Shown here: positions 59,311 through 64,000 of the stretch, in pieces | How positions within the stretch are numbered: the first letter of the stretch is position 1 | How the letters are laid out: each line of letters starts with the position of its first letter | Origin: Bacteroidales bacterium | Lineage (GTDB): Bacteria; Bacteroidota; Bacteroidia; Bacteroidales; UBA3663 | DNA length: 64,000 nucleotides | Assembly (NCBI GenBank): GCA_017561935.1 | Contig: JAFZBE010000041.1 | Span: 26,487-90,486 of the forward strand | Reading direction: 5' to 3' | The notes under the pieces: model-generated | Seen by the model: the letters and a program-made list of their open reading frames with translations, nothing else | The model's database searches: none | Told to the model about the DNA's origin: nothing | Program-made: the position numbers and the translations under genes

Positions 59311-60024
59311 TTATTCTTTATTGACGATGAGTTTGTCGCCCTGGAGCTCGGGGACGACACCGAAGATGCTTTTGCGGAGGCAGTAGTTGATGTCGGCGCG
59401 GAAGCCGTGCTGGATGAGGCGGCGGGCATGCTCGCTCTGCATCAGGATGTTCGAGAAGTCGCGATTAGCCTGATGCCAGAGGGCGACGGCCATGCGTGCG
59501 CCATCGCTGGCAGCTTCTACACCATCTTCAGCGAGCAGCGTGCTGGTGAGGGCACCTGCGAAGAGCGAGTCTTCGAGGCAGATGCGTCCGTTGGCGCCCG
59601 AGCAGACGATGAGCACATCCTTGCCCAATGAGAGAATGCGGTCCGTCAGGGCGCGCAGGTTGACGAACGCACCGATGAGGAGCTGGTAACAGTCGGCGGC
59701 TCCTTTGATGGCCTTGGTGCCGTTGGTGGTCATGAAGACGATGGCCTTGCCGTTGACCTTATCGACCGAATATTCGGAAGGGGAATTGCCGAAGTCGGCG
59801 AACGAACAGCGCTCGGTAGCCTGTTCGGCGCCCACCAGATGCCCGAGCGACTTGTAGGCAAGCGCTTCCTGTTCGGTGGCCACGGGGATGATGTAGGTGG
59901 CTCCGTTGGCAAAGGCCGTACAGATGGTAGTGGTGGCACGGAACACGTCCGTCACCACCACGACACTGTCACGATGCTCGTAGAGATGGATTAGGCTTGG
60001 AGAGAAACAGATCTCGATTTGCAT
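59311..60024 (-). CDS. comB: 2-phosphosulfolactate phosphatase family protein
   Basis: DVFRATTTI, FGNSPSE, TTNGT and LEDSLFAG motifs. Confidence 0.9.
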   Translation of the reverse strand: MQIEICFSPSLIHLYEHRDSVVVVTDVFRATTTICTAFANGATYIIPVATEQEALAYKSLGHLVGAEQATERCSFADFGNSPSEYSVDKVNGKAIVFMTTNGTKAIKGAADCYQLLIGAFVNLRALTDRILSLGKDVLIVCSGANGRICLEDSLFAGALTSTLLAEDGVEAASDGARMAVALWHQANRDFSNILMQSEHARRLIQHGFRADINYCLRKSIFGVVPELQGDKLIVNKE

Positions 60025-60032
60025 TGTTTATC

Positions 60033-60347
60033 TTACAGATTTGCATCAATCAGTTTCTGGAGGTCAGCTTTGGCAGCGAGACCGACCTTCTTGCCTACCA
60101 CTTCGCCATTCTTGATGAGGATGACAACGGGAATGTTACGGATACCGAACTTGGCGGTGAGGTCTTCGCCTTCATCCACATTGTACTTGCAGATTTCAGC
60201 CTTGTCTTCATACTCTTCGGCGAGCTGCTCGATGATAGGAGAGAGACGCTGACAGGGGCCGCACCATGGTGCCCAGAAGTCAATGACTACGAGTTTGTCA
60301 CTTGCCAGGATTTCGTTGGCATTTTGATCTGTGATTTGCTTTGCCAT
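60033..60347 (-). CDS. trxA: Thioredoxin
   Basis: DFWAPWCGPC active site. Confidence 0.95.
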   Translation of the reverse strand: MAKQITDQNANEILASDKLVVIDFWAPWCGPCQRLSPIIEQLAEEYEDKAEICKYNVDEGEDLTAKFGIRNIPVVILIKNGEVVGKKVGLAAKADLQKLIDANL

Positions 60348-60541
60348 AATGTTTTATATTAATTGTTAGTGATACTTCTTAAAAAAACTGACGCCCATCT
60401 CACGACAGTCGTCAGCCCTTTCTCTCATTTTATGAAGTTTTGTGGAATTACTCACGATGCAAAGATAGGGCGTTTTTTGTAATGTTCCAAACATTTCATC
60501 CAAAAAGTCTCTTTTTTTAAGGTTTTTTTACAAATGGAGCC

Positions 60542-63500
60542 CTATTTGAGCCTTATTTGCTGATATTTGATGCCTTGACGACGCCATGTATAGATGGCAT
60601 GAAGCGTATTGTCGCTTCCAAGGATTAGGGAAGGATAGCTGTATTGGCTGATGGGCGACGATTCGAGGGTGAGACGATGCGTCCACGTAATACCATCAGT
60701 ACTGGTGGCTATGCAAGTGGGATTGCGCAGCGGTTTGTCGGGGCCGGGAACGAGCGAGAAGGGATTATAAACGAGGGCGAAGGTGCCGTCGGGCAGTGTC
60801 ACGGCATCGATGCCCGAGTTGTTATTGGGCACGTCGTCGAGCAGTTGCATAGGTCCCCAGGTGAGTCCGCCATCTTCGCTGAACGCGGTGGCAATGCGGG
60901 CCAGATGGCTCTCGGTATCCTTGGGACGATGGGTACGGCAGAGCATCTGTATGCGTCCGTCCTTATGGACAAGCAATGCGGGCTGGATGGTGCCGATTTT
61001 CGGTTCTTCGGGCACAGGGCCATAGAGCGCCCAGGTGTGGCCGTCGTCTTCGCTCATTTCGATGTAGCTTCGCCATTGTCCCGACTTTTCCTTCGAGGCT
61101 GTGCCCGTCTCCTTGCTCGAAGGCGAGAGGATGCGTGCCTTTTGGAGTACCGTACCGTTGGCGCAACGGAAGCCCTTGGGCAGATAGATGGGCTGGTTCT
61201 TGATGGCGCCGAGCAGGCTGTCGCTCGATTGTACGGGCGAAAGCTGCGGGCTGGGTACGGGGTTAGAGGCTACGACGAGCTCCTGACGCGGGTCGCTCCA
61301 CGTATATCCGTTGTCGGACGACCGCATCATGTAGCCCGTCCAGTCGCGCACGTTCTTGCCGATCTTGTAGAAGAGCAGGAGGTCGCCGCCCGGGATCTGG
61401 AAGAGCACGGGGTTGTAGCACGCCTTGCGGTTCACGTTGTCCTCGATGGGCGTGGTGAGTGTGCTGTCGATTTCGGTGCCGTAAGCCTTGGCTCCTTGGC
61501 GCAGGTCTCCGTTGGCGACGAGCTGGAGGGGTTCCCACTGGTCGCTGCCCTTCGGTTTGCGCGACGTATAGATGCAGACGTCGGGCGCTCCTTCGCGCGC
61601 TCCGAGGAAGAAGGTGCAAAGAAGGTCGCCATTGCGCAATTCGGCGATGGAGGCACTGTGGCACGAAGGATGGGCGGCGTTCTGGAAGTCATAGACGAAC
61701 TGGTCGCAGACGATGCCCTGTCGGTCGCGGCTGAGGCTGTCGGCATATTGTCGCTCGTAGGCTCCACCTTTATAATAATCGCGCACGGGAAGGGAGGGAT
61801 CGAGGTCAAAGACAAGATGATGTGTGCCGGAGCCAAGGGTGAGGGTTTGAGGGGTTTGAGGGGTTTGAGGGGTTTGAGCGGTTTGAGGGGTTTGAGGGGT
61901 TTGAGATGTTTGAGCGGTTTGAGATGTAGTGGGCAAGTAGCCTTTCGAACCTCTCGAACCTTTCAAACCTTTCAAACCAACCGCATTATAAGGCGGTTTT
62001 ACCCAGCCCCTTGCATTGCAAGGTATGGTGATATCCCAGATGAGCTGGCGGTCGGTCTTCTGCCAATGACTGGAAGCAAGGCCGTAGGGCGTCTTATAGC
62101 TGGCGGAAGCTTCGTTGAGTTCCTCGACCTCGAAGTTTGGCGCAAAGGAGATGGTCGAGAAACCTGGAGCAGCTGCCTTGATGCCGCCCACGTTTTCCAT
62201 GCACCACGGAATGAGGTCGCCGAGCAGCATGATGTGGTTGCCCGAGTTCATGCGGGGATTGGCGGTGTCGCCGTTCCAAAGCTCCCAGATGGTGGTGGCT
62301 CCATGCATGGCCATATAGCCCCAGCTGGGATAACTCTTCACGGTGGCGAGCATCCAGGCAAGGTCCTGACGACCCATGTCGGCCAATCCGCGCAGGAGCC
62401 ACGACATACCGATGACGCCGCATTGGATGTGTCCGTCGATGCCGCGCAGTTCAGGTGTGTCGCCAGGCAGCAGCAGATGCTTGCGCATGATCCAACGCTC
62501 AACGGTGGCCGCATGTTCGTCGGGAACGATACCAAAGGCCCAGGGCAGGAGGTTGGCCGTGACGCTGTTGTTGCTGTAGAAGACCGAATCGGGGTAGAGG
62601 ATGTGGTTGCCCGGTCCCGTCATCGAGCTGGGTGTGCGTCCTGCCTTAGCGTCGTCAGTGCTTGTCTTGACGTTGAGGAACTCGCCATTGATGGCATCGC
62701 GTAGCGACGTGCGGCAAGCGTGGTACTCGGCCTTGTCGGCTTCGAGCAGCTCGACGGTGAGACCTTCGCGGTTGAGGGCAAGGCGTTCGGCGGTGGAGCA
62801 GTTCTGCAGCTTCTGGATGAGGATGTCGTCGAACTTCATCATGTCCTGGAAGATACGGTAGAGGTAACACGAGCCGATGAGCACGCCATCGGTCACGCGG
62901 TTGGGATCTTGGCTATGGATGAGTTCGGGTGCTTCGGGTGGACAGCACCAGTCGGCATACTTGTCGGCCTTCACGACACCCGTCGTGGGGTCGCGATGAT
63001 TCTCCCAGAAGTGCATCACCCAGCGACGCATGGCGGGATAGTGGCGACGGATGGCCTCGATGTCACCAAACTGCGTGTAGAGCATGTCGGCACCGAAGAT
63101 GAACACCGAAGGCCAGGTGATATCGTCGTTGTAGTAGTTCCAGAATGCGGGAGAGACGCCGGGCAAAGTGCCATCGGGACGCTGCGAATCCTCGAGGTCC
63201 TGCATCCACTTGAGGTAGAGCGCATGATTGTCCATCAAGTAACTCTCGCCCCAGCAACCCATCGAATGATCGCCCACCCAGGGCTGTCGTTCGTCGCGCT
63301 GCGGACAATCGACGGGCATGCCCTTGTAGTTGGAGCGAACGCCCCAGAACGCATTTCGCACCACGCGGTTGAGAACGGGGTTGGGAGTCTCGAAGGTATA
63401 GAGGGTTTCCATCGGGTCGCCAACGACTTCGCCAACGAAGGGGTTTGAAGGGTTCGAGGGGTTAAGAAGGGTTAAGAGGGGAGAAGTATGGCCGTTTCTT

Positions 63501-64000
63501 GGTTTGATGCGTTTCTTGACCGTATAGTCGGGATTGGCATTCCGTAGAACCTCCACCTCGGCGAAACGGAAGCCGTGATAGGTGAAACGCGGGGCCCATG
63601 TCTCGTCTTCATCTTCATTGCCGCTGGCGATGTAGTAGTCGGTGACGAGGGCATTGCGCAGGTTTTCGACATAGAGACGCGACGTGTCGGTGAGACAATA
63701 GCCGGGGCCATTGCTGTTCCACGATTCTTCTTCGGTCCATGGGGCACCGATGGGCGCTTCGAGCTTTTCGGCAAAGCGCAGACGCAGGGTGTCGCCCTTA
63801 TTGAGTTCCATGAGTCCGACGGGCACGCGCATCCATCCGGCGAAGTTCTGTCCGAAGTCGATGAGTATGCGGTTGTCTTCGGCGATGCGTATGTCGTGTG
63901 GCGTAAGCAGTTCCTGCACAACCATCGGGGGCGTGGTGTTGCCGCGCAGTTTGCCGATAGGGAGAGCACTTCGGTCGGGTTGGCTCCACTGGCTGTCGTC
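60542..64000 (-). CDS. GH78 alpha-L-rhamnosidase fused to a C-terminal BNR sialidase-like propeller (5' end outside window)
   Basis: DFGQN, FTYHGFR, DCPQRDER and ATTIWELW motifs, then Asp boxes and YSYPS. The frame is open to 64000. Confidence 0.9.
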   Translation of the reverse strand, partial: DDSQWSQPDRSALPIGKLRGNTTPPMVVQELLTPHDIRIAEDNRILIDFGQNFAGWMRVPVGLMELNKGDTLRLRFAEKLEAPIGAPWTEEESWNSNGPGYCLTDTSRLYVENLRNALVTDYYIASGNEDEDETWAPRFTYHGFRFAEVEVLRNANPDYTVKKRIKPRNGHTSPLLTLLNPSNPSNPFVGEVVGDPMETLYTFETPNPVLNRVVRNAFWGVRSNYKGMPVDCPQRDERQPWVGDHSMGCWGESYLMDNHALYLKWMQDLEDSQRPDGTLPGVSPAFWNYYNDDITWPSVFIFGADMLYTQFGDIEAIRRHYPAMRRWVMHFWENHRDPTTGVVKADKYADWCCPPEAPELIHSQDPNRVTDGVLIGSCYLYRIFQDMMKFDDILIQKLQNCSTAERLALNREGLTVELLEADKAEYHACRTSLRDAINGEFLNVKTSTDDAKAGRTPSSMTGPGNHILYPDSVFYSNNSVTANLLPWAFGIVPDEHAATVERWIMRKHLLLPGDTPELRGIDGHIQCGVIGMSWLLRGLADMGRQDLAWMLATVKSYPSWGYMAMHGATTIWELWNGDTANPRMNSGNHIMLLGDLIPWCMENVGGIKAAAPGFSTISFAPNFEVEELNEASASYKTPYGLASSHWQKTDRQLIWDITIPCNARGWVKPPYNAVGLKGLKGSRGSKGYLPTTSQTAQTSQTPQTPQTAQTPQTPQTPQTLTLGSGTHHLVFDLDPSLPVRDYYKGGAYERQYADSLSRDRQGIVCDQFVYDFQNAAHPSCHSASIAELRNGDLLCTFFLGAREGAPDVCIYTSRKPKGSDQWEPLQLVANGDLRQGAKAYGTEIDSTLTTPIEDNVNRKACYNPVLFQIPGGDLLLFYKIGKNVRDWTGYMMRSSDNGYTWSDPRQELVVASNPVPSPQLSPVQSSDSLLGAIKNQPIYLPKGFRCANGTVLQKARILSPSSKETGTASKEKSGQWRSYIEMSEDDGHTWALYGPVPEEPKIGTIQPALLVHKDGRIQMLCRTHRPKDTESHLARIATAFSEDGGLTWGPMQLLDDVPNNNSGIDAVTLPDGTFALVYNPFSLVPGPDKPLRNPTCIATSTDGITWTHRLTLESSPISQYSYPSLILGSDNTLHAIYTWRRQGIKYQQIRLK

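Overview
Bacteroidales (Prevotella-like) chromosomal DNA, judged from TAnnTTTG -7 promoter elements, a porPKLMN T9SS operon and many T9SS cargo proteins. The backbone carries GH9 (partial), yjjG, DUF2461, SIMPL, a transglutaminase lipoprotein, cutC, a BNR sialidase-like protein, a DjlA-like protein, an MFS transporter, gluQ, a C10 peptidase, acyl-CoA ligase, queC, cvfB, comB, trxA and a partial GH78-BNR fusion. Four accessory blocks interrupt it. (1) An AT-rich island at about 3.8-13.4 kb holds gene remnants, a roughly 650-nt highly structured non-coding segment running from a promoter to a terminator directly ahead of an MboI/DpnII-type GATC restriction-modification operon, a DpnD-like gene, an agmatine deiminase-family gene and a 42-bp palindromic repeat array. 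(2) An ADP-ribose cluster at 37.6-43.3 kb (NrtR, DUF6717-like, ADP-ribosylglycohydrolase, vWA fusion, sigma factor) has four GT-N7-AC boxes. (3) A cluster of three CotH kinases. (4) An AbiE-type type IV toxin-antitoxin cassette. A family of nested palindromic repeats occurs between genes and also in-frame inside a gene. The best candidates for something undescribed are the structured RNA/leader coupled to the R-M operon and the NrtR-controlled ADP-ribosyl module. All family calls come from motif recognition by eye; no searches or folding were run.
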